DNA from: Auanema rhodensis
Lineage: Eukaryota; Animalia; Nematoda
DNA: 64,000 nt
Direction of reading: 5' to 3'
Assembly (NCBI GenBank): GCA_964057225.1
Contig: OZ059898.1
Location: forward strand, 17,546,001 to 17,610,000
This document shows positions 52,401 through 64,000 of the stretch, piece by piece. The notes beneath the pieces are model-generated. The model had not been told where the DNA came from and did not search any database. It saw only the letters and a list, made by a program, of their open reading frames with translations. The position numbers and the translations under genes were made by a program. Numbering within the stretch: position 1 is the stretch's first letter; each line of letters begins with the position of its first letter.

Positions 52401-55400
52401 ATTCTGAAATTTTTCGAAAAAATTTTTGTCAAAATGTTTTTGGAAGCAATGTTGAGTGTACATGGAAACTCAACATACACTAATGCATCATTTTTCGAAC
52501 GATCATAACTAATTTTTGTATTAAGCGTTTCTCAATGTAGAATAGTGCATTCGATGCGGATTTTTAAGCTGCGTCGATCTGTGTTATCAGATTTGCGCTA
52601 GCTTAAAAATGCACCGAGATATCAACTGATATAAGTTCACACTTATATCCTCGATTTTCACCCTGAAGAAATAATTTTTTCGTTGAATAACATTGTCCAT
52701 CGTCTTTGCCTTGAAAAAAGGAATCTAAAAACATCTACTTTTTGCTAAATTATTCTGAAATTTTTCGAAAAAATTTTTGTCAAAATGTTTTTGGAAGCAA
52801 TGTTGAGTGTACATGGAAACTCAACATACACTAATGCATCATTTTTCAAACGATCATAACTAATTTTTGTATTAAGCGTTTCTCAATGTAGTATAGTGCA
52901 TTCGATGCGGATTTTTAAGCTGCGTCGATCTGTGTTATCAGATTTGCGCTAGCTTAAAAATGCACCGAGATATCAACTGATATAAGTTCACACTTATATC
53001 CTCGATTTTCACCCTGAAGAATTAATTTTTTCGTTGAATAACATTGTCCATCGTCTTTGCCTTGAAAAAAGGAATCTAAAAACATCTACTTTTTGCTAAA
53101 TTATTCTGAAATTTTTCGAAAAAATTTTTGTCAAAATGTTTTTGGAAGCAATGTTGAGTGTACATGGAAACTCAACATACACTAATGCATCATTTTTCAA
53201 ACGATCATAACTAATTTTTGTATTTAGCGTTTCTCAATGTAGTATAGTGCATTTGATGCGGATTTTTAAGCTGCGTCGATCTGTGTTGTCAGATTTGCGC
53301 TAGCTTAAAAATGCACCGAGATATCAACTGATATAAGTTCACACTTATAACCTCGATTTTCACCCTGAAGAAATAATTTTTTCGTTGAATAACATTGTCC
53401 ATCGTCTTTGCCTTGAAAAAAGGAATCTAAAAACATCTACTTTTTGCTGAATTATTTTGAAATTTTTCGAAAAAATTTTTGTCAAAATGTTTTTGGAAGC
53501 AATGTTGAGTGTACATGGAAACTCAACATACACTAATGCATCATTTTTCAAACGATCATAACTAATTTTTGTATTAAGCGTATCTCAATGTAGTATAGTG
53601 TATTTGATGCGGATTTTTAAGCTGCGTCGATCTGTGTTATCAGATTTGCGCTAGCTTAAAAATGCACCGAGATATCAACTGATATAAGTTCACACTTATA
53701 TCCTCGATTTTCACCCTGAAGAATTAATTTTTTCGTTGAATAACATTGTCCATCGTCTTTGCCTTGAAAAAAGGAATCTAAAAACATCTACTTTTTGCTA
53801 AATTATTCTGAAATTTTTCGAAAAAATTTTTGTCAAAATGTTTTTGAAAGCAATGTTGAGTGTACATGGAAACTCAACATACACTAATGCATCATTTTTC
53901 GAACGATCATAACTAATTTTTGTATTAAGCGTTTCTCAATGTAGTATAGTGCATTCGATGCGGATTTTTAAGCTGCGTCGATCTGTGTTATCAGATTTGC
54001 GCTAGCTTAAAAATGCACCAAGATATCAACTGATATAAGTTCACACTTATATCCTCGATTTTCACCCTGAAGAATTAATTTTTTCGTTGAATAACATTGT
54101 CCATCGTCTTTGCCTTGAAAAAAGGAATCTAAAAACATCTACTTTTTGCTAAATTATTCTGAAATTTTTCGAAAAAATTTTTGTCAAAATGTTTTTGGAA
54201 GCAATGTTGAGTGTACATGGAAACTCAACATACACTAATGCATCATTTTTCAAACGATCATAACTAATTTTTGTATTAAGCGTTTCTCAATGTAGTATAG
54301 TGCATTTGATGCGGATTTTTAAGCTGCGTCGATCTGTGTTATCAGATTTGCGCTAGCTTAAAAATGCACCGAGATATCAACTGATATAAGTTCACACTTA
54401 TATCCTCGATTTTCACCCTGAAGAAATAATTTTTTCGTTGAATAACATTGTCCATCGTCTTTGCCTTGAAAAAAGGAATCTAAAAACATCTACTTTTTGC
54501 TAAATTATTTTGAAATTTTTCGAAAAACTTTTTGTCAAAATGTTTTTGGAAGCAATGTTGAGTGTACATGGAAACTCAACATACACTAATGCATCATTTT
54601 TCAAACGATCATAACTAATTTTTGTATTAAGCGTATCTCAATGTAGTATAGTGTATTTGATGCGGATTTTTAAGCTGCGTCGATCTGTGTTATCAGATTT
54701 GCGCTAGCTTAAAAATGCACCGAGATATCAACTGATATAAGTTCACACTTATATCCTCGATTTTCACCCTGAAGAATTAATTTTTTCGTTGAATAACATT
54801 GTCCATCGTCTTTGCCTTGAAAAAAGAAATCTGAAAACATCTACTTTTTGCTAAATTATTCTGAAATTTTTCGAAAAAATTTTTGTCTAAATGTTTTTGG
54901 AAGCAATGTTGAGTGTACATGGAAACTCAACATACACTAATGCATCATTTTTCAAACGATCATAACTAATTTTTGTATTAAGCGTTTCTCAATGTAGTAT
55001 AGTGCATTTGATGCGGATTTTTAAGCTGCGTCGATCTGTGTTATCAGATTTGCGCTAGCTTAAAAATGCACCGAGATATCAACTGATATAAGTTCACACT
55101 TATATCCTCGATTTTCACCCTGAAGAAATAATTTTTTCGTTGAATAACATTGTCCATCGTCTTTGCCTTGAAAAAAGGAATCTAAAAACATCTACTTTTT
55201 GCTAAATTATTTTGAAATTTTTCGAAAAACTTTTTGTCAAAATGTTTTTGGAAGCAATGTTGAGTGTACATGGAAACTCAACATACACTAATGCATCATT
55301 TTTCAAACGATCATAACTAATTTTTGTATTAAGCGTATCTCAATGTAGTATAGTGTATTTGATGCGGATTTTTAAGCTGCGTCGATCTGTGTTATCAGAT

Positions 55401-58400
55401 TTGCGCTAGCTTAAAAATGCACCGAGATATCAACTGATATAAGTTCACACTTATATCCTCGATTTTCACCCTGAAGAATTAATTTTTTCGTTGAATAACA
55501 TTGTCCATCGTCTTTGCCTTGAAAAAAGAAATCTGAAAACATCTACTTTTTGCTAAATTATTCTGAAATTTTTCGAAAAAATTTTTGTCTAAATGTTTTT
55601 GGAAGCAATGTTGAGTGTACATGGAAACTCAACATACACTAATGCATCATTTTTCAAACGATCATAACTAATTTTTGTATTAAGCGTATCTCAATGTAGT
55701 ATAGTGTATTTGATGCGGATTTTTAAGCTGCGTCGATCTGTGTTATCAGATTTGCGCTAGCTTAAAAATGCACCGAGATATCAACTGATATAAGTTCACA
55801 CTTATATCCTCGATTTTCACCCTGAAGAAATAATTTTTTCGTTGAATAACATTGTCCATCGTCTTTGCCTTGAAAAAAGGAATCTAAAAACATCTACTTT
55901 TTGCCAAATTATTCTGAAATTTTTCGAAAAAATTTTTGTCAAAATGTTTTTGGAAGCAATGTTGAGTGTACATGGAAACTCAACATACACTAATGCATCA
56001 TTTTTCGAACGATCATAACTAATTTTTGTATTAAGCGTTTCTCAATGTAGTATAGTGCATTTGATGCGGATTTTTAAGCTGCGTCGATCTGTGTTATCAG
56101 ATTTGCGCTAGCTTAAAAATGCACCGAGATATCAACTGATATAAGTTCACACTTATATCCTCGATTTTCACCCTGAAGAAATAATTTTTTCGTTGAATAA
56201 CATTGTCCATCGTCTTTGCCTTGAAAAAAGGAATCTAAAAACATCTACTTTTTGCTAAATTATTCTGAAATTTTTCGAAAAAATTTTTGTCAAAATGTTT
56301 TTGGAAGCAATGTTGAGTGTACATGGAAACTCAACATACACTAATGCATCATTTTTCAAACGATCATAACTAATTTTTGTATTAAGCGTTTCTCAATGTA
56401 GTATAGTGCATTCGATGCGGATTTTTAAGCTGCGTCGATCTGTGTTATCAGATTTGCGCTAGCTTAAAAATGCACCGAGATATCAACTGATATAAGTTCA
56501 CACTTATATCCTCGATTTTCACCCTGAAGAATTAATTTTTTCGTTGAATAACATTGTCCATCGTCTTTGCCTTGAAAAAAGGAATCTAAAAACATCTACT
56601 TTTTGCTAAATTATTCTGAAATTTTTCGAAAAAATTTTTGTCAAAATGTTTTTGGAAGCAATGTTGAGTGTACATGGAAACTCAACATACACTAATGCAT
56701 CATTTTTCGAACGATCATAACTAATTTTTGTATTAAGCGTTTCTCAATGTAGTATAGTGCATTCGATGCGGATTTTTAAGCTGCGTCGATCTGTGTTATC
56801 AGATTTGCGCTAGCTTAAAAATGCACCGAGATATCAACTGATATAAGTTCACACTTATATCCTCGATTTTCACCCTGAAGAAATAATTTTTTCGTTGAAT
56901 AACATTGTCCATCGTCTTTGCCTTGAAAAAAGGAATCTAAAAACATCTACTTTTTGCTAAATTATTCTGAAATTTTTCGAAAAAATTTTTGTCAAAATGT
57001 TTTTGGAAGCAATGTTGAGTGTACATGGAAACTCAACATACACTAATGCATCATTTTTCAAACGATCATAACTAATTTTTGTATTAAGCGTTTCTCAATG
57101 TAGTATAGTGCATTCGATGCGGATTTTTAAGCTGCGTCGATCTGTGTTATCAGATTTGCGCTAGCTTAAAAATGCACCGAGATATCAACTGATATAAGTT
57201 CACACTTATATCCTCGATTTTCACCCTGAAGAATTAATTTTTTCGTTGAATAACATTGTCCATCGTCTTTGCCTTGAAAAAAGGAATCTAAAAACATCTA
57301 CTTTTTGCTAAATTATTCTGAAATTTTTCGAAAAAATTTTTGTCAAAATGTTTTTGGAAGCAATGTTGAGTGTACATGGAAACTCAACATACACTAATGC
57401 ATCATTTTTCAAACGATCATAACTAATTTTTGTATTAAGCGTTTCTCAATGTAGTATAGTGCATTTGATGCGGATTTTTAAGCTGCGTCGATCTGTGTTG
57501 TCAGATTTGCGCTAGCTTAAAAATGCACCGAGATATCAACTGATATAAGTTCACACTTATATCCTCGATTTTCACCCTGAAGAAATAATTTTTTCGTTGA
57601 ATAACATTGTCCATCGTCTTTGCCTTGAAAAAAGGAATCTAAAAACATCTACTTTTTGCTAAATTATTTTGAAATTTTTCGAAAAAATTTTTGTCAAAAT
57701 GTTTTTGGAAGCAATGTTGAGTGTACATGGAAACTCAACATACACTAATGCATCATTTTTCAAACGATCATAACTAATTTTTGTATTAAGCGTATCTCAA
57801 TGTAGTATAGTGTATTTGATGCGGATTTTTAAGCTGCGTCGATCTGTGTTATCAGATTTGCGCTAGCTTAAAAATGCACCGAGATATCAACTGATATAAG
57901 TTCACACTTATATCCTCGATTTTCACCCTGAAGAATTAATTTTTTCGTTGAATAACATTGTCCATCGTCTTTGCCTTGAAAAAAGGAATCTAAAAACATC
58001 TACTTTTTGCTAAATTATTCTGAAATTTTTCGAAAAAATTTTTGTCAAAATGTTTTTGGAAGCAATGTTGAGTGTACATGGAAACTCAACATACACTAAT
58101 GCATCATTTTTCGAACGATCATAACTAATTTTTGTATTAAGCGTTTCTCAATGTAGTATAGTGCATTCGATGCGGATTTTTAAGCTGCGTCGATCTGTGT
58201 TATCAGATTTGCGCTAGCTTAAATATGCACCAAGATATCAACTGATATAAGTTCACACTTATATCCTCGATTTTCACCCTGAAGAATTAATTTTTTCGTT
58301 GAATAACATTGTCCATCGTCTTTGCCTTGAAAAAAGGAATCTAAAAACATCTACTTTTTGCTAAATTATTCTGAAATTTTTCGAAAAAATTTTTGTCAAA

Positions 58401-61400
58401 ATGTTTTTGGAAGCAATGTTGAGTGTACATGGAAACTCAACATACACTAATGCATCATTTTTCAAACGATCATAACTAATTTTTGTATTAAGCGTTTCTC
58501 AATGTAGTATAGTGCATTTGATGCGGATTTTTAAGCTGCGTCGATCTGTGTTATCAGATTTGCGCTAGCTTAAAAATGCACCGAGATATCAACTGATATA
58601 AGTTCACACTTATATCCTCGATTTTCACCCTGAAGAAATAATTTTTTCGTTGAATAACATTGTCCATCGTCTTTGCCTTGAAAAAAGGAATCTAAAAACA
58701 TCTACTTTTTGCTAAATTATTTTGAAATTTTTCGAAAAACTTTTTGTCAAAATGTTTTTGGAAGCAATGTTGAGTGTACATGGAAACTCAACATACACTA
58801 ATGCATCATTTTTCAAACGATCATAACTAATTTTTGTATTAAGCGTATCTCAATGTAGTATAGTGTATTTGATGCGGATTTTTAAGCTGCGTCGATCTGT
58901 GTTATCAGATTTGCGCTAGCTTAAAAATGCACCGAGATATCAACTGATATAAGTTCACACTTATATCCTCGATTTTCACCCTGAAGAATTAATTTTTTCG
59001 TTGAATAACATTGTCCATCGTCTTTGCCTTGAAAAAAGAAATCTGAAAACATCTACTTTTTGCTAAATTATTCTGAAATTTTTCGAAAAAATTTTTGTCT
59101 AAATGTTTTTGGAAGCAATGTTGAGTGTACATGGAAACTCAACATACACTAATGCATCATTTTTCAAACGATCATAACTAATTTTTGTATTAAGCGTTTC
59201 TCAATGTAGTATAGTGCATTTGATGCGGATTTTTAAGCTGCGTCGATCTGTGTTATCAGATTTGCGCTAGCTTAAAAATGCACCGAGATATCAACTGATA
59301 TAAGTTCACACTTATATCCTCGATTTTCACCCTGAAGAAATAATTTTTTCGTTGAATAACATTGTCCATCTTCTTTGCCTTGAAAAAAGGAATCTAAAAA
59401 CATCTACTTTTCGCTAAATTATTTTGAAGTTTTTCGAAAAAATTTTTGTCAAAATGTTTTTGGAAGCAATGTTGAGTGTACATGGAAACTCAACATACAC
59501 TAATGCATCATTTTTCAAACGATCATAACTAATTTTTGTATTAAGCGTATCTCAATGTAGTATAGTGCATTTGATGCGGATTTTTAAGCTGCGTCGATCT
59601 GTGTTATCAGATTTGCGCTAGCTTAAAAATGCACCGAGATATCAACTGATATAAGTTCACACTTATATCCTCGATTTTCACCCTGAAGAAATAATTTTTT
59701 CGTTGAATAACATTGTCCATCGTCTTTGCCTTGAAAAAAGGAATCTAAAAACATCTACTTTTTGCTAAATTATTTCGAAATTTTTCGAAAAAATTTTTGT
59801 CAAAATGTTTTTGGAAGCAATGTTGAGTGTACATGGAAACTCAACATACACTAATGCATCATTTTTCAAACGATCATAACTAATTTTTGTATTAAGCGTA
59901 TCTCAATGTAGTATAGTGCATTTGATGCGGATTTTTAAGCTGCGTCGATCTGTGTTATCAGATTTGCGCTAGCTTAAAAATGCACCGAGATATCAACTGA
60001 TATAAGTTCACACTTATATCCTCGATTTTCACCCTGAAGAATTAATTTTTTCGTTGAATAACATTGTCCTTCGTCTTTGCCTTGAAATAAGGAATCTAAA
60101 AACATTTACTTTTTGCTAAATTATTCTGAAATTTTTCGAAAAAATTTTTGTCAAAATGTTTTTGGAAGCAATGTTGAGTGTACATGGAAACTCAACATAC
60201 ACTAATGCATCATTTTTCAAACGATCATAACTAATTTTTGTATTAAGCGTTTCTCAATGTAGTATAGTGCATTCGATGCGGATTTTTAAGCTGCGTCGAT
60301 CTGTGTTATCAGATTTGCGCTAGCTTAAAAATGCACCGAGATATCAACTGATATAAGTTCACACTTATATCCTCGATTTTCACCCTGAAGAAATAATTTT
60401 TTCGTTGAATAACATTGTCCATCGTCTTTGCCTTGAAAAAAGGAATCTAAAAACATCTACTTTTTGCTAAATTATTCTGAAATTTTTCGAAAAAATTTTT
60501 GTCAAAATGTTTTTGGAAGCAATGTTGAGTGTACATGGAAACTCAACATACACTAATGCATCATTTTTCAAACGATCATAACTAATTTTTGTATTAAGCG
60601 TTTCTCAATGTAGTATAGTGCATTTGATGCGGATTTTTAAGCTGCGTCGATCTGTGTTATCAGATTTGCGCTAGCTTAAAAATGCACCGAGATATCAACT
60701 GATATAAGTTCACACTTATATCCTCGATTTTCACCCTGAAGAAATAATTTTTTCGTTGAATAACATTGTCCATCGTCTTTGCCTTGAAAAAAGGAATCTA
60801 AAAACATCTACTTTTTGCTAAATTATTTCGAAATTTTTCGAAAAAATTTTTGTCAAAATGTTTTTGGAAGCAATGTTGAGTGTACATGGAAACTCAACAT
60901 ACACTAATGCATCATTTTTCAAACGATCATAACTAATTTTTGTATTAAGCGTATCTCAATGTAGTATAGTGCATTTGATGCGGATTTTTAAGCTGCGTCG
61001 ATCTGTGTTATCAGATTTGCGCTAGCTTAAAAATGCACCGAGATATCAACTGATATAAGTTCACACTTATATCCTCGATTTTCACCCTGAAGAATTAATT
61101 TTTTCGTTGAATAACATTGTCCATCGTCTTTGCTTTGAAATAAGGAATCTAAAAACATTTACTTTTTGCTAAATTATTCTGAAATTTTTCGAAAAAATTT
61201 TTGTCAAAATGTTTTTGGAAGCAATGTTGAGTGTACATGGAAACTCAACATACACTAATGCATCATTTTTCAAACGATCATAACTAATTTTTGTATTAAG
61301 CGTTTCTCAATGTAGTATAGTGCATTCGATGCGGATTTTTAAGCTGCGTCGATCTGTGTTATCAGATTTGCGCTAGCTTAAAAATGCACCGAGATATCAA

Positions 61401-64000
61401 CTGATATAAGTTCACACTTATATCCTCGATTTTCACCCTGAAGAAATAATTTTTCCGTTGAATAACATTGTCCATCGTCTTTGCCTTGAAAAAAGGAATC
61501 TAAAAACATCTACTTTTTGCTAAATTATTCTGAAATTTTTCGAAAAAATTTTTGTCAAAATGTTTTTGGAAGCAATGTTGAGTGTACATGGAAACTCAAC
61601 ATACACTAATGCATCATTTTTCAAACGATCATAACTAATTTTTGTATTAAGCGTTTCTCAATGTAGTATAGTGCATTTGATGCGGATTTTTAAGCTGCGT
61701 CGATCTGTGTTATCAGATTTGCGCTAGCTTAAAAATGCACCGAGATATCAACTGATATAAGTTCACACTTATATCCTCGATTTTCACCCTGAAGAATTAA
61801 TTTTTTCGTTGAATAACATTGTCCATCGTCTTTGCCTTGAAAAAAGAAATCTAAAAACATCTACTTTTTGCTAAATTATTCTGAAATTTTTCGAAAAAAT
61901 TTTTGTCAAAATGTTTTTGGAAGCAATGTTGAGTGTACATGGAAACTCAACATACACTAATGCATCATTTTTCAAACGATCATAACTAATTTTTGTATTA
62001 AGCGTATCTCAATGTAGTATAGTGCATTTGATGCGGATTTTTAAGCTGCGTCGATCTGTGTTATCAGATTTGCGCTAGCTTAAAAATTCACCGAGATATC
62101 AACTGATATAAGTTCATACTTATATCCTCGATTTTCACCCTGAAGAATTGATTTTTTCGTTGAATAACATTGTCCATCGTCTTTGCCTTGAAATAAGGAA
62201 TCTAAAAACATTTACTTTTTGCTAAATTATTCTGAAATTTTTCGAAAAAATTTTTGTCAAAATGTTTTTGGAAGCAATGTTGAGTGTACATGGAAACTCA
62301 ACATACACTAATGCATCATTTTTCAAACGATCATAACTAATTTTTGTATTAAGCGTTTCTCAATGTAGTATAGTGCATTCGATGCGGATTTTTAAGCTGC
62401 GTCGATCTGTGTTATCAAATTTGCGCTAGCTTAAAAATGCACCGAGATATCAACTGATATAAGTTCACACTTATATCCTCGATTTTCACCCTGAAGAAAT
62501 GATTTTTTCGTTGAATAACATTGTCCATCGTCTTTGCCTTGAAAAAAGGAATCTAAAAACATCTACTTTTTGCTAAATTATTTTGAAGTTTTTCGAAAAA
62601 ATTTTTGTCAAAATGTTTTTGGAAGCAATGTTGAGTGTACATGGAAACTCAACATACACTAATGCATCATTTTTCGAACGATCATAACTAATTTTTGTAT
62701 TAAGCGTTTCTCAATGTAGTATAGTGCATTCGATGCGGATTTTTAAGCTGCGTCGATCTGTGTTATCAGATTTGCGCTAGCTTAAAAATGCACCAAGATA
62801 TCAACTGATATAAGTTCACACTTATATCCTCGATTTTCACCCTGAAGAATTAATTTTTTCGTTGAATAACATTGTCCATCGTCTTTGCCTTGAAAAAAGG
62901 AATCTAAAAACATCTACTTTTTGCTAAATTATTCTGAAATTTTTCGAAAAAATTTTTGTCAAAATGTTTTTGGAAGCAATGTTGAGTGTACATGGAAACT
63001 CAACATACACTAATGCATCATTTTTCAAACGATCATAACTAATTTTTGTATTAAGCGTTTCTCAATGTAGTATAGTGCATTTGATGCGGATTTTTAAGCT
63101 GCGTCGATCTGTGTTATCAGATTTGCGCTAGCTTAAAAATGCACCGAGATATCAACTGATATAAGTTCACACTTATATCCTCGATTTTCACCCTGAAGAA
63201 ATAATTTTTTCGTTGAATAACATTGTCCATCGTCTTTGCCTTGAAAAAAGGAATCTAAAAACATCTACTTTTTGCTAAATTATTTTGAAATTTTTCGAAA
63301 AACTTTTTGTCAAAATGTTTTTGGAAGCAATGTTGAGTGTACATGGAAACTCAACATACACTAATGCATCATTTTTCAAACGATCATAACTAATTTTTGT
63401 ATTAAGCGTATCTCAATGTAGTATAGTGTATTTGATGCGGATTTTTAAGCTGCGTCGATCTGTGTTATCAGATTTGCGCTAGCTTAAAAATGCACCGAGA
63501 TATCAACTGATATAAGTTCACACTTATATCCTCGATTTTCACCCTGAAGAATTAATTTTTTCGTTGAATAACATTGTCCATCGTCTTTGCCTTGAAATAA
63601 GGAATCTAAAAACATTTACTTTTTGCTAAATTATTCTGAAATTTTTCGAAAAAATTTTTGTCAAAATGTTTTTGGAAGCAATGTTGAGTGTACATGGAAA
63701 CTCAACATACACTAATGCATCATTTTTCAAACGATCATAACTAATTTTTGTATTAAGCGTTTCTCAATGTAGTATAGTGCATTCGATGCGGATTTTTAAG
63801 CTGCGTCGATCTATGTTATCAGATTTGCGCTAGCTTAAAAATGCACCGAGATATCAACTGATATAAGTTCACACTTATATCCTCGATTTTCACCCTGAAG
63901 AAATAATTTTTTCGTTGAATAACATTGTCCATCGTCTTTGCCTTGAAAAAAGGAATCTAAAAACATCTACTTTTTGCTAAAATATTTTGAAGTTTTTCGA

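Larger units (their letters stand above)
48439..55458. repeat. Tandem duplication of 10 monomers (3510 bp), monomers 139-148 and 149-158
   Basis: Variants at +3510: GTAGAATAG (49031/52541), TATTTAGCG (49711/53221), CTTATAACC (49840/53350), TTTGAAAGC (about 50337/53847), GCACCAAG (50510/54020), AAAACTTT and AAGAAATCTG+GTCTAAA. Confidence 0.95.
28081..59319. repeat. Satellite sub-domain C, with the GTATCTC+GTGTATTTG monomer type and GCTGAATT variants
   Basis: AGTGTATTTGATG is frequent from about 31.1 kb onward, GCTGAATT appears at 29.9-53.5 kb, and GCTTTAAAA is absent. Boundaries are approximate. Confidence 0.65.
1..64000. repeat. Tandem satellite DNA array, 351-bp monomer, about 182.3 head-to-tail copies, extending past both window edges
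   Basis: TCGATTTTCACCCTGAAGAA recurs at 1, 352, 703 ... and exactly at 3511, 7021, 14041, 21061, 28081, 35101, 42121, 49141, 56161 and 63181 (1 plus multiples of 351). Copies differ only by a few substitutions. Hand count gives about 111/351 G+C. Confidence 0.99.

Noticed and set aside
1-64000. CRISPR array or other repeat-spacer system
   Set aside because: There are palindromic segments but no unique spacers: the full 351 bp repeats. No cas genes or leader are present.

Overview
The whole 64-kb window is one uninterrupted head-to-tail array of a 351-bp, AT-rich satellite monomer (about 32% GC by hand count), roughly 182.3 copies, all in the same orientation. Monomer n starts at 1+351(n-1). 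The register holds exactly at every 20-monomer checkpoint (1, 7021, 14041 ... 63181), so there is no net indel, insertion or orientation switch. I find no credible genes, RNA genes, transposons or CRISPR spacers. The ten 63-aa ORFs are chance by-products of one SNP that removes a stop codon. This looks like eukaryotic heterochromatic or (peri)centromeric satellite DNA. The lack of CpG depletion fits an invertebrate such as an insect or nematode, but I cannot name the family or species. The structure worth noting is: (i) several dyad symmetries per monomer, including a unique 4-nt loop inversion at 12623-12626 that points to hairpin-templated mutagenesis; (ii) sequence domains with different variant sets; (iii) local block duplications of 2, 3, 4, 5, 7 and 10 monomers (incipient higher-order repeats of varying period); and (iv) a monomer trio that recurs 47 kb away. 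I see no evidence for a new protein-coding system.
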